Assembly: GCA_030059675.1 (NCBI GenBank)
Contig: JANVYQ010000004.1
Span: 64,001 to 128,000, forward strand
Direction of reading: 5' to 3'
DNA length: 64,000 bases
Source: Candidatus Pelearchaeum maunauluense
Lineage (GTDB): Archaea > Thermoproteota > Nitrososphaeria_A > Caldarchaeales > Caldarchaeaceae
Both the position numbers and the translations under genes were made by a program. Below, piece after piece: positions 19,177 to 28,519 of this stretch; position 1 is the stretch's first letter; every line of letters begins with the position of its first letter. The notes under the pieces are model-generated. The model was not told where the DNA came from, searched no databases, and was given only the letters and a program-made list of their open reading frames with translations.

Positions 19177-19611
19177 ATGTCGCAGCGTCATGAGCGGAGC
19201 GTAGACGCTGAGCTTAGGGGAAGGACGCTGGAGGTCTATATCTATCTACTCAGGCGGAATGAGCCTGTCGGTGTGCGTGAGGTGCAGCGTCATCTCTGCT
19301 TCTCAAGTCCAAGCGTAGCTTTCCACCATTTGGAGAAGTTGAAGAGTCTCGGAGTTGTGGAGAAGGATGAATCAGGCCAATACCGCGTGGTGGGGAAGGT
19401 TGATGCGGCCGTCCTTCATGCTTTCACGAGGGTCGGAAGCCTAATACTCCCAAGAATGCTCTTCTATGCTGTATTCTTCACAACATTCACGCTCCTATAC
19501 ATAATCACCAACATAGCATCGCCAAACCCCTACGCAATAGTGCTTGGGCTGTCAGCCTCAGCAGCGTGTTGGTTTGAGACGATAAGGACATGGGTGAAGA
19601 AGCCATGGTAG
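19177..19611 (+). CDS. Membrane-tethered winged-helix regulator
   Basis: GVREVQR..SSPSVAFHHLEKL HTH plus two C-terminal TM segments. Confidence 0.8.
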   Translation: MSQRHERSVDAELRGRTLEVYIYLLRRNEPVGVREVQRHLCFSSPSVAFHHLEKLKSLGVVEKDESGQYRVVGKVDAAVLHAFTRVGSLILPRMLFYAVFFTTFTLLYIITNIASPNPYAIVLGLSASAACWFETIRTWVKKPW

Positions 19612-19613
19612 CT

Positions 19614-19630
19614 GTTCTAAAACATAGAAC
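19614..19630. promoter_or_regulatory. Inverted repeat, candidate operator
   Basis: GTTCTA-N5-TAGAAC in the intergenic spacer. Confidence 0.35.
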
Positions 19631-19663
19631 TACTATCAAGAATTTGGAGGAGATGAGAAAGAT

Positions 19664-19990
19664 ATGCGCTCTCTTATAATATCGGCTTTACTGGGCGTGG
19701 TCTTAGGAGCTGGTCTATTTACAGCAGTAACATTCTTCACAGCCGCTTATGTTGAGACTCCCGAGCTTGTGGCTAAACAAGTTGTAACAAAAACAGTAAC
19801 GGAGACCATGACGACTGCTGAGGAGCTGGCGGCGCCTTCTACCACCGTTGCTAAGGAGTACGGTGCTGAAGAGGCTAAGCAAATAGTTACGACTCCTATA
19901 GATTTTCTCTTACTATCCATCACAGCCAGCTCTATAGCTGTTGCGGGAGCTGCTTATATAATAGCGCGGCAACGAATGCATTCAAGATAA
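19664..19990 (+). CDS. Small membrane protein
   Basis: Hydrophobic segments at both termini with a Thr-rich linker. Confidence 0.65.
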   Translation: MRSLIISALLGVVLGAGLFTAVTFFTAAYVETPELVAKQVVTKTVTETMTTAEELAAPSTTVAKEYGAEEAKQIVTTPIDFLLLSITASSIAVAGAAYIIARQRMHSR

Positions 19991-20132
19991 CCGCGTCAAA
20001 TTCTTGTAGAGTATTAGCGGGGAAAAAATTATCCATAACCTATGGCTCTATTGTTGAGTATAGTATTTTCCGAAAAGGTGCTGAGAATGTGATATACGCT
20101 TAAATAAGAGATTGACTATCTGCACCAACAGT

Positions 20133-21884
20133 ATGGCGGAGATAATTTTAACGTTTGACCCCTCGTTGGGTCATCAGTTTCACAATTTCCCACTACTCAG
20201 CTTCCTTCCATGCGCTCCAGTCAGATATGTTCCAGCACCAGTGTATAATTACCTCGCATTACCAGACGCTCCCGCCGATGAGTATGGCCGCGCCATACTA
20301 GCTCCATACGCGGTTAGAAAGATAGAAGCAGCTCTAAAGAAGAAGTCAAAATTCAACGTGGTTGTAGCGCATCCAAAATACATAGAGCGTTTCATAACGC
20401 GAGAAACCAAGATAATCGCAGTGAATACGATGGACCCACTAGGGTTAGGTCCTCTCTCATTAATGTTCAATAACGCTGGAAGGGAGCGCTCCTGGGTTAC
20501 TGCGGAGTTCAGCTCGTTGATAAGGCGCATCAATAAGAAACGACGCGAAGTTCGATGTGATGCCAAGCTTGTGGTAGGCGGCTCTGGAGAGTGGGAATTT
20601 GAGCATATGCCACAAATGCTGGAAATCTGGAACATAGATTACGTAGTTCAGGGAGAGATGGACGACATAATCCACCTCCTATTTGAGCAGATAATAGAAG
20701 ACAGTATAGACACGGGTATCTTCCTCTTCGGGTATAAGACGACTATGTTTGACGAGCATGGACGGCCTAGGATAAGATACGTAAAGGACGAGCATGGGCG
20801 CTTCATATGTAGGCATCCATTCTCCAAGTATAGGCTGCCTAAGATTGAGGACATCCCAACAATCATTGCGCCGACGATAAGTGGGCAGGCAGAGATAATG
20901 CGCGGCTGTGGGATAAACTGTGATTTCTGCGAGGTTACAACAAGGCCTCTGAGATACTATCCTCCTGAGAAGGTTTTGGAAGAGGTTCGAGTGAATAGGC
21001 GCGGTGGGATAGACAAGGCGTGGTTCGTCACGGATAACCAGTGGGCATACATGGTTCATGACTCAGACTTCTGGCCTAACAAGGAGGCCATACTAGAGCT
21101 TTACCGCACGGTTATCGGGAGAGGCGGCGTATCACACGCCAACCCCATGCACGCCACCCTGGCGCCTGTGGTTGCGGAACCAGAGCTGGCGTTCGGCATA
21201 GCAAGCATAGTTGGGGCTGGCCCAAGTAAGCACATAGGCGTCCAGATAGGCCTTGAGACAGGCAGCGATAAGCTTGTCCTGGCGCATATGGCTAATAAGG
21301 CTAAGCCCCTCAAGGTAGGTGTTCATGGGACGTGGGCTGAGATAGTTGTTGAAGGCCAGAAGATATACAATGCAGCGTACTGGATTCCAGCTTACACGAT
21401 AATAATAGGACAGGCTGGAGAGGAGGATGAGGACATCTGGGATACGATTGGCTTGATAAACTACATGGCCTCTGAGGAGCTTTACTTCACGGTAACGCCG
21501 ATGGCGCTGGTGAATCTTGGAGCTCTCCGCGGGACGAATACGCTGACCGACGTTTATGGTAGCCTGACCCCAGCTCAGGCAGCGCTAATCTATGTATGTT
21601 GGCGGAACACTAAGAGAATGGCAGAGACCCTAGTCTGGCGCTTATACCGTGGAAACCCGATATTCAGGATTCTCACGACAGGACTCTTAACCTATGGCGC
21701 GGCCTTCTGGCTTGATAGGCTTGAGAAACACCTATGTAAGCTAAACCCAGGAGCGGAGAAAGCCATAGAGAAAGCCAAGAGATACGTTCATATTAAGAGA
21801 CTTGGAACAAACTTTAGAAAGCTACGTGAAGAGTTTAAACGCTATAAGGCGTTAAGCGCCACGCGGCTTCGCGTCTCTTCGTAA
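20133..21884 (+). CDS. Radical SAM protein with N-terminal B12-binding-like region
   Basis: CGINCDFC; DPLGLGP; GLETGS. Confidence 0.88.
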   Translation: MAEIILTFDPSLGHQFHNFPLLSFLPCAPVRYVPAPVYNYLALPDAPADEYGRAILAPYAVRKIEAALKKKSKFNVVVAHPKYIERFITRETKIIAVNTMDPLGLGPLSLMFNNAGRERSWVTAEFSSLIRRINKKRREVRCDAKLVVGGSGEWEFEHMPQMLEIWNIDYVVQGEMDDIIHLLFEQIIEDSIDTGIFLFGYKTTMFDEHGRPRIRYVKDEHGRFICRHPFSKYRLPKIEDIPTIIAPTISGQAEIMRGCGINCDFCEVTTRPLRYYPPEKVLEEVRVNRRGGIDKAWFVTDNQWAYMVHDSDFWPNKEAILELYRTVIGRGGVSHANPMHATLAPVVAEPELAFGIASIVGAGPSKHIGVQIGLETGSDKLVLAHMANKAKPLKVGVHGTWAEIVVEGQKIYNAAYWIPAYTIIIGQAGEEDEDIWDTIGLINYMASEELYFTVTPMALVNLGALRGTNTLTDVYGSLTPAQAALIYVCWRNTKRMAETLVWRLYRGNPIFRILTTGLLTYGAAFWLDRLEKHLCKLNPGAEKAIEKAKRYVHIKRLGTNFRKLREEFKRYKALSATRLRVSS

Positions 21885-21922
21885 CAAACATTTAAGAAAA
21901 AGGATCACAGCCTTCTCTCTGA

Positions 21923-22900
21923 ATGGCGGCAGGGAAAATCTTTGACCTGATAGTCAGACCTTCTAGGTTCTTTTCAGGTTTGAGCGACAGCGAATCGCTC
22001 TTAAAAGGGCTCGCCGTGTTTGTTGTCGCAGTTCTCCTCAGCGCTGTCTCATTCCTATACTTCTACGCCAACAAAGTCAAAACTGTCTTAGTATTGGGGC
22101 CTTTCTCCAATATTGAACTTCCATTACTCCCGCCTGATTATGTTACTATGTTCTCGCTTAACCGCCTCTTCTTGACGGTTCTTTTCCTCCTAGGGATAAG
22201 CCGCGTGGCTACTAAGTTCATGCATGTGAGGCATAGCGTTAATATAAAACGCGCAACTAACGCGGCTCTCTACACGTTCCTAACTCTAGCAATAATTACC
22301 GCGGCTAGTATCCCTCTATTGCTGGCGTATCCTGTTCAGACGTATGGTATAGTTGGAATCAGTGTGGAGGATGTGTATGTAGAGAATGCTACTCTAACTG
22401 GTGTGGGAGAAGATGGTAGTGTTGTTAGTATAGTGGATAAGCCTATAAGAGCTCAGCGGCTTGAAGTTATTTACCTGGATAAGAATGGAAGCCCAATAGA
22501 CTGGAGGAGCATACGTCCTACAGATGCTCTGGAGATAATAAACTTCTCAAAGCCTATAATGATACTTTACGACGCCGCTACCGTCGGTGATGTAAAGCTC
22601 CCCAAGAGAATAGTCGCCGAGAGTGAGAATATAACCTCACTACATAGGATAGTGTATGGAAGACTGTCCGAGGTTCAACAAGTTATTCTGGGTGGCTCTC
22701 TTCTAAGCGAGGGTGCTGCGCCTATAGTTATAGCAATCGTAATCTTGACAGCGTTCTCGCGTATATGGCTTGTGGCGATAAATATCCTGGCGTTCAAAGT
22801 GATGTACGGCTCATCAACGCGGGCAACGTTGGCTCTAGGTATCTTCATGTACGTGGTATTTACGCTCTTCGGCCTTCCCCCAATAGCTGGAGCGGGTTAG
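21923..22900 (+). CDS. Yip1-like membrane protein with inserted soluble domain
   Basis: LIVRPSRFF N-terminus; about 5 TM segments. Confidence 0.55.
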   Translation: MAAGKIFDLIVRPSRFFSGLSDSESLLKGLAVFVVAVLLSAVSFLYFYANKVKTVLVLGPFSNIELPLLPPDYVTMFSLNRLFLTVLFLLGISRVATKFMHVRHSVNIKRATNAALYTFLTLAIITAASIPLLLAYPVQTYGIVGISVEDVYVENATLTGVGEDGSVVSIVDKPIRAQRLEVIYLDKNGSPIDWRSIRPTDALEIINFSKPIMILYDAATVGDVKLPKRIVAESENITSLHRIVYGRLSEVQQVILGGSLLSEGAAPIVIAIVILTAFSRIWLVAINILAFKVMYGSSTRATLALGIFMYVVFTLFGLPPIAGAG

Positions 22901-23625
22901 GATAAGCTCTTCCGCACAACCTTACCATCTGCCGTTATCTCGCCAGCAGCTATCCTCGTGCTTGAGATAGGCTTACCATCCTCGGCTATTACTATGGGAC
23001 ATACAATAATCTCCAACCTCTGCAACCCCTTCTCCACCCGTTTAGAGTTTATCTCATATGCGCGGCCTACGGTGAAAGGGCTCACCACTATCGCCTCGGC
23101 TCCAGGCTCGCTGATAGAAGGACCATAGGGGTCGTTTATCTCAACAATCTTTGCACGAGTCATCCAGCCCCAGCGCTGTAGCTCCTTTTCCAACAGCTCC
23201 ATCCGCTGCTCATAACGCATGACCCCATGCTTCTTCTCCAACCGCTCTACCAGCGAATCGCTGGTTAAGCCTATTATGACGTTTTCAGCCTCTCTGAATG
23301 CCGTGAGGAGAAGCGCGAGGTGGCCATAGTGTATTCCGTCAAACGTCCCGCCTGTAACAGCTAGTTTAAAGCGAGGGCTACTCGGCGGTGGGTTGGAAAG
23401 CTCATCCATAACATCTTCAGGCGTCATCCTGGTTTCATGTAGTAAAACCATGGCTTCGCCGCGTGTTATGCCCAACTTTACGCAGAGCCCGTCAACCGTT
23501 ATGAACGGCTCTTCGCGTAGAATCTTCTCAAACATAAACGCCTTATGCGCGTGGTAGAGCGGGAGAGAATGGGCAGTCTCTACCAATATACTCCACAGCG
23601 GGTTTCTAAGGTAGTCGCGCGCCAA
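22897..23625 (-). CDS. coaD: Phosphopantetheine adenylyltransferase with N-terminal extra domain
   Basis: GGTFDGIHYGH, DPYGP, ISSTRI. Confidence 0.88.
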   Translation of the reverse strand: MARDYLRNPLWSILVETAHSLPLYHAHKAFMFEKILREEPFITVDGLCVKLGITRGEAMVLLHETRMTPEDVMDELSNPPPSSPRFKLAVTGGTFDGIHYGHLALLLTAFREAENVIIGLTSDSLVERLEKKHGVMRYEQRMELLEKELQRWGWMTRAKIVEINDPYGPSISEPGAEAIVVSPFTVGRAYEINSKRVEKGLQRLEIIVCPIVIAEDGKPISSTRIAAGEITADGKVVRKSLS

Positions 23626-23738
23626 TCCAGCGGTATGGCGCTAAAAGCAGGCTTTAACTCTACACATTATTAAGTAGTTCTTGTGAAAAACTTATATCAC
23701 CATCGTGGGATAGCTGGTGAAGAGCGGCGGAGAAGTGT

Positions 23739-24014
23739 ATGTCTGCGCTGGATGAACGGTTGAGGGAGGTGGAGGAACAGCTAAGCTACTGCGAGAGGCT
23801 AGTCTTGGCCGAGACGCGGCTCCAGCTGGCGGCGCTCTTGCTTGAGGAGCTGTTGGAGAAAGTGCAACAGATGCAAGAATCTGCTGGAGAGAACGACACA
23901 CATCTCCGCGCGCTCTCAGAGAAGATAAAGCTACTATACCACAGGGCGAAGGCCCTCCTCTCACTACAAGAGGGGTCTTCAAACAAAAGCATGTATAGAA
24001 CGTCAGAGGACTAA
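23739..24014 (+). CDS. Helical hypothetical protein
   Basis: 91-aa ORF with amphipathic helices, upstream of tldD. Confidence 0.6.
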   Translation: MSALDERLREVEEQLSYCERLVLAETRLQLAALLLEELLEKVQQMQESAGENDTHLRALSEKIKLLYHRAKALLSLQEGSSNKSMYRTSED

Positions 24015-24047
24015 AATAAGTAAAACGGCAAACAAGGGTGGAGAGAT

Positions 24048-25484
24048 TTGGAGGATTTGTTATTACTGGCCGTTGATCATGCTCGTCGTTTAGGCGCTTC
24101 ATACAGCGAGGCAAGATATCAACGCGACATGATTGAGCGGACAGTGCTTAAGAATGGCGTTCCCGAAGTATCGGCAGATGAGATAAGCCGTGGAATAAGT
24201 GTGAGGGTAATAGTTGACGGGAGTCTGGGTTTTGCATCCACGAATGAGCTAACTAGACCAGCCGTAAGGAAGGCTGTTAGGGAAGCAATAACGACTGCGC
24301 GCGTAGCTTCTTCTCTGCTGAAGAGAAAGATAACGATGTCTGAGGAGAAGATGGAGAAGGCTAAGGTTGTGGTTAAGCCGCGTGTGGATTTCGCCAACGT
24401 TGACACAGAAGCACGGGTTAACTTGCTCAAAGAGTCTGACAGCATGGCCCTCGCTATAGCTGAGAAAAAGGATGTAAAACTTCCAGCGCGTCTTCTGGAG
24501 GTTGGTTCATGGAATACTGAGAAGCATATTATCAACAGCGATGGTGCGGATGTCTATAGCTACACACCGCGCGCCACGGTTGATTACTTCATAACGGTCT
24601 TCAACCAACAGCGTGGGACTGTTCAGCGGTTTGAAAATATGGGCGCCTCGCGGGGCTGGGAGGCTGTGGAGCGCTGGCTCCTCCCCGAGCATTTAGAGAG
24701 CGAGGTTGCTGCGCTTGCTGATGTTTTGCATAAAGCCGTAGAGCCTCCTAAGGAGGAGATAGACCTGCTCCTAGGACCAGAGATAGTCGGGTTGGTTTGC
24801 CACGAGTCCGCTGGCCACCCAGGCGAGGCTGATAGAATGCTGGGGAGGGAAGCGGCACAGGCAGGCGAGACATACATCAAACGCGAGTTGCTGGGGACTA
24901 GGATAGGCTCGGAGCATGTTACGATTGTTGACGACCCAACAATACCCCACTCATTTGGATACTACTTGTATGATGAGGAAGGTGTAAAGGCCAGGGAGAG
25001 GGTGTTAATAGACAAGGGGGTTCTCAGGGAGCTTCTACATAACCGCGAGACCGCACCACTTTTTGATACCAGCAGCAACGCCGCTGCTCGCGCAAACGAG
25101 TTTGACCGCGAGCCCATAGTGAGGATGGCTAATACATACATGAAGCCAGGAGAACATACTGTTGAAGAGTTAATGGAAGAGGTTAGGGATGGTATTTACG
25201 TCAAGTCATATCAGGAGTGGAATATAGATGATAAGCGTTGGAACCAGCGCTACGTCGGTGTGGTTGCCACACGGATAAAGGATGGCGAGGAAGTAGGCCT
25301 GGTTAGGAATCCAGTTATAGACCTGACCACACGAGGGCTATACTCCTCAATAACAGCCGTTGCCAACGACCTAAAATTCTCCGCAGGCTACTGCGGTAAA
25401 GGCGACCCGATGCAGGGTATTCCTGTCTGGTTCGGAGGGCCCACCGTACTGCTAAAAAATGTGAGAGTGGGTTTCAGGCCCTAG
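24048..25484 (+). CDS. tldD: TldD/PmbA family metalloprotease (TldD type)
   Basis: HESAGHPGEAD; RMANTY; CGKGDPMQ. Confidence 0.92.
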   Translation: MEDLLLLAVDHARRLGASYSEARYQRDMIERTVLKNGVPEVSADEISRGISVRVIVDGSLGFASTNELTRPAVRKAVREAITTARVASSLLKRKITMSEEKMEKAKVVVKPRVDFANVDTEARVNLLKESDSMALAIAEKKDVKLPARLLEVGSWNTEKHIINSDGADVYSYTPRATVDYFITVFNQQRGTVQRFENMGASRGWEAVERWLLPEHLESEVAALADVLHKAVEPPKEEIDLLLGPEIVGLVCHESAGHPGEADRMLGREAAQAGETYIKRELLGTRIGSEHVTIVDDPTIPHSFGYYLYDEEGVKARERVLIDKGVLRELLHNRETAPLFDTSSNAAARANEFDREPIVRMANTYMKPGEHTVEELMEEVRDGIYVKSYQEWNIDDKRWNQRYVGVVATRIKDGEEVGLVRNPVIDLTTRGLYSSITAVANDLKFSAGYCGKGDPMQGIPVWFGGPTVLLKNVRVGFRP

Positions 25485-25500
25485 AAGACTCTCTAAGGGC

Positions 25501-25722
25501 TTATACCTTTCTTATCTTCTCTCCTGTTGCTGGGTTTATCCTGTTTCCTTCCTGGTCGTAGGCGTATAATGCGTCGTCGGCCTCGTCGCGTGTTTTTGCG
25601 TGGCTCCCGTCGCAGAAGGGGTACTTCTGGCTTAGACCGCACATGCATATGGCCACGGTGTCGCCCTTAGGCGTGTTGAAGACATGCGGACTCTTAGCTG
25701 TGTGTATGATTATCCGCGCCAT
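25501..25722 (-). CDS. CDGSH iron-sulfur protein
   Basis: CMCGLSQKYPFCDGSH. Confidence 0.92.
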   Translation of the reverse strand: MARIIIHTAKSPHVFNTPKGDTVAICMCGLSQKYPFCDGSHAKTRDEADDALYAYDQEGNRINPATGEKIRKV

Positions 25723-25898
25723 CTACGACCACCAATCAAGCCCAACTCCAACCAATATTTATCATAATTCCTTCTACCGCGACACTATGTGGCGTTGATG
25801 CAACCTACGTACTCGCTTGGTAAAGGCATATATGCTGAGCCGTAATATGATATTTGGGCATAATTATAGCGAGGAGTGGCGAAGAGGAGGTGCTGAAC

Positions 25899-26276
25899 AT
25901 GGTTGATGAGGACCTAGAGCTTAAGCGGCTTCAGCTCCGTAGGCTGCGTAAGCTTGCTGCGATGGCTATGGCTGAGGAGCAGAAAGAGACGCGTAGTGAG
26001 CGCTCTCCCCTTGAGCGGCTCAGGCCGTATCTTGGTGAGCGTGCTGAGGAGGTTTTAGAAGCCGCCTCAAGCCAATACCCGCGCGAGACTGAAGAGATAG
26101 TGAGACAGCTCGCAGACCTGGCCGAGGCGGGCCGTATAAGGAAAAAGATAGACGGTGGCCAGCTATATGCGCTCTTCAGAAACTTGGGGCTGAGGGTAAA
26201 GCTTGACACGAAGGTAGTTTATCTAAAACGCGGTGAGGAGAAGAGTTTAAGCGACCTCATAAAGAAGGGCATATAG
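25899..26276 (+). CDS. PDCD5-related DNA-binding protein
   Basis: DEDLEL..R N-terminus; QYP..LF..LGLRV. Confidence 0.7.
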   Translation: MVDEDLELKRLQLRRLRKLAAMAMAEEQKETRSERSPLERLRPYLGERAEEVLEAASSQYPRETEEIVRQLADLAEAGRIRKKIDGGQLYALFRNLGLRVKLDTKVVYLKRGEEKSLSDLIKKGI

Positions 26277-26277
26277 G

Positions 26278-26631
26278 ATGAGAGTAGCCTTCTACTGGAA
26301 GCCAACATGCGCCACTTGCAGGCGTGTAAAGAAGGAATTGCAACAAGCAGGTATTGAGCTTGAGCTGGTAGAATTGTTCAAACAACCCCCACCGCGCGAT
26401 GTTTTACGTAAGTTGATAGAGAGATATGGTGTAGATGGAATATTACGGAAAAATAGTAGAGACTACAAAAGACTTGGTCTCAGAAACAGGAAACTATCAC
26501 CAGACGAGGCTGTAGAGCTTCTCCTCGCAAACCCAGACTTGATTAAACGTCCAGTGGTCAAGGCCAGCTCGCTCATCTTCGCGGGACGGGATGAAGAAGC
26601 GTTGAAAATCCTTAAAAGACAAACAAAATAA
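26278..26631 (+). CDS. ArsC/Spx family protein
   Basis: PTCATCRR; NPDLIKRPV. Confidence 0.88.
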   Translation: MRVAFYWKPTCATCRRVKKELQQAGIELELVELFKQPPPRDVLRKLIERYGVDGILRKNSRDYKRLGLRNRKLSPDEAVELLLANPDLIKRPVVKASSLIFAGRDEEALKILKRQTK

Positions 26632-26711
26632 GACATTTAGCCCGTCGTGAAAAGTAAGATATAATAGGTATGTATTAGCGCGGCGCTCTGGTCCGCGCGG
26701 GGTTGGTGAAT

Positions 26712-27131
26712 ATGTCCGAGACTTTTGAAGTTCCCGACGACTTGCTATACACAAAAGACCATGAATGGGTGCGTATAGAGAAGAAGATTGGTGTCGTCGG
26801 GATAACTGATTATGCGCAGAAGAAGCTTAGGGAGGTAATATATGTGGAGCTCCCTAACGTTAATACGCTGGTAAAGCAGAAGGAGACGTTAGCCACGGTA
26901 GAGTCTGTTAAGGCTACGTCAGACATTTATGCTCCTCTTTCAGGCAGGATTACCGAGGTTAACGTTAAGCTGGTTGATACTCCAGAGCTGATTAATGACT
27001 CGCCATACGAGGAGGGTTGGATAGCCAAGATAGAGATAACCGACCAATCAGAGCTGGATAAGCTGATGGACGCCGACGAATACCGCCGCTATATAGAAGC
27101 CCTAGAGGAGGAAGCTGGAGAAGGAGACTAG
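26712..27131 (+). CDS. gcvH: Glycine cleavage H / lipoyl carrier protein
   Basis: YTKDHEW, GITDYAQ, ESVK lipoyl-Lys. Confidence 0.93.
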   Translation: MSETFEVPDDLLYTKDHEWVRIEKKIGVVGITDYAQKKLREVIYVELPNVNTLVKQKETLATVESVKATSDIYAPLSGRITEVNVKLVDTPELINDSPYEEGWIAKIEITDQSELDKLMDADEYRRYIEALEEEAGEGD

Positions 27132-27188
27132 CGAAGAGGGCATATACTTATCTTATCCCACTACAAGCCTAGAAGGGTAGAACAGACC

Positions 27189-27539
27189 TTGGTATTGGTT
27201 AAGGTTCAACGAGTAAGCAGCTATACAGACCCAGAGACCTCTAGGCCTGGCAAAGTGATTGAGCTGGTGGAAGTTCGTAGCAGGGGAAGCGTTGTAGTAG
27301 GTGGGCAGAGTGAAGAGTCTATGATGATACAGCGGATGTTGCAGACCGCTCTTATGCAGATGCAGTCTCTCGGATTGGTCCCGCCTATAAGGGAGATGTC
27401 GTTTCCCAAACTAATCCTCTACCTAACCGAAGAGGAATACGACTTGCTCAACGTTAAGCTTGAGGTTAACGAGGTATATGAGCTAACGTTTAAGGACGGC
27501 TCAATAAGCTTCAAACGGCCTGAACGGCTAGGCTACTAG
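27189..27539 (+). CDS. Arcadin-1-like protein
   Basis: DP...IELVE and PKLILYLTEEEY..VNEVYEL, recalled as the arcadin-1 pattern. Confidence 0.75.
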   Translation: MVLVKVQRVSSYTDPETSRPGKVIELVEVRSRGSVVVGGQSEESMMIQRMLQTALMQMQSLGLVPPIREMSFPKLILYLTEEEYDLLNVKLEVNEVYELTFKDGSISFKRPERLGY

Positions 27540-27554
27540 TGGTTTAGGGGGTAT

Positions 27555-28178
27555 TCAGCTGTTGGAGAGGCAGCGTAGAGCGTAGGCTATCCTCTGGACT
27601 ACTGTTATGAACGCCAGTATCGAGACCGCTACCACGGACAGCGCCAGAGCCTGCTGCCAGATTGGTGTTAATAGGGTTGCTATTATGAAGATTATGATGC
27701 GCACCCACCTCTCACCCAAGCCTACGCCAGCCATGGCCACGCCTAGAGCTTCGCCGCGCGCACGTATGTAGCTCACTAACATGGCCAGTGCCAACATTAC
27801 CAGAACTAGGATGGGCTCAACCAAGCCTGTGAGAGCTATGCCTAGCGCTATGAGTGTGTCGGATACTCTGTCGGTTGTCGAGTCGATTAGCGCGCCTGCC
27901 TTTGTGGCTCTGCCCTGCCTCCTCGCGACGGCGCCGTCAAGCCCATCAAGAAGGCTACCAACAATCAGCGCAACTCCAGCGTAGATGGCGTAGAAAGCTC
28001 CCTGATATTTGATAAGCATGTAGAGATAGGTAGCTAGCGCCGTTAGGAGTAGCCCTCCCAAGGTTAAGATATGCGGACTAACTCCAGAAGAAGCCAAGAA
28101 ATCAGCCATACGGCCGAAGCTCCTCTCAAACAACCTACGTCCAACATCCGTTAGGGAGCCGCTGAACCGAGTAGCCAT
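27555..28178 (-). CDS. CDP-alcohol phosphatidyltransferase (archaetidylinositol phosphate synthase-like)
   Basis: DGLDGAVAR..GALIDSTTDRVSD; SYIRARGE. Confidence 0.9.
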   Translation of the reverse strand: MATRFSGSLTDVGRRLFERSFGRMADFLASSGVSPHILTLGGLLLTALATYLYMLIKYQGAFYAIYAGVALIVGSLLDGLDGAVARRQGRATKAGALIDSTTDRVSDTLIALGIALTGLVEPILVLVMLALAMLVSYIRARGEALGVAMAGVGLGERWVRIIIFIIATLLTPIWQQALALSVVAVSILAFITVVQRIAYALRCLSNS

Positions 28179-28259
28179 AGGCAAGCCGAAGAATGTCAGC
28201 GAATTCATATAAGTATAACGTCATTCATGAAGGCTTGTCGAGGAGAGGGCGAGCTGGGC

Positions 28260-28466
28260 TTGGGTAAGGTTGCGAAAGGTGTTTCATGCAGCGTTCAGGG
28301 ATGTTCTGATAAGGCTGTAGTATCGCTAGCCTCAGCCAACGTAGCGAAATACCTGAGCGTCAGCAAGAGCGAGAAGAAAGCCTATCTTTGCAGGGAGCAT
28401 TACAAGCAGTATAAGAAGATGAGCAAGCATGAGCGAGAGCTGGAGAGAGCTAGGTTCCGCCTATAA
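28260..28466 (+). CDS. Small Zn-binding protein
   Basis: CSVQGC ... LCREHY. Confidence 0.7.
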   Translation: MGKVAKGVSCSVQGCSDKAVVSLASANVAKYLSVSKSEKKAYLCREHYKQYKKMSKHERELERARFRL

Positions 28467-28519
28467 ATTCCATCCTTGAATAGTGCATGGCTAGCTGAAG
28501 GAGGGGAAGGAGTGAGGCC

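Noticed and set aside
24048-25484. tldD without an adjacent tldE
   Set aside because: The partner may be elsewhere in the genome; uninformative from one window
25780-25850. TTGATG...CTGA as a possible C/D sRNA
   Set aside because: Boxes too degenerate and no convincing D'/C'
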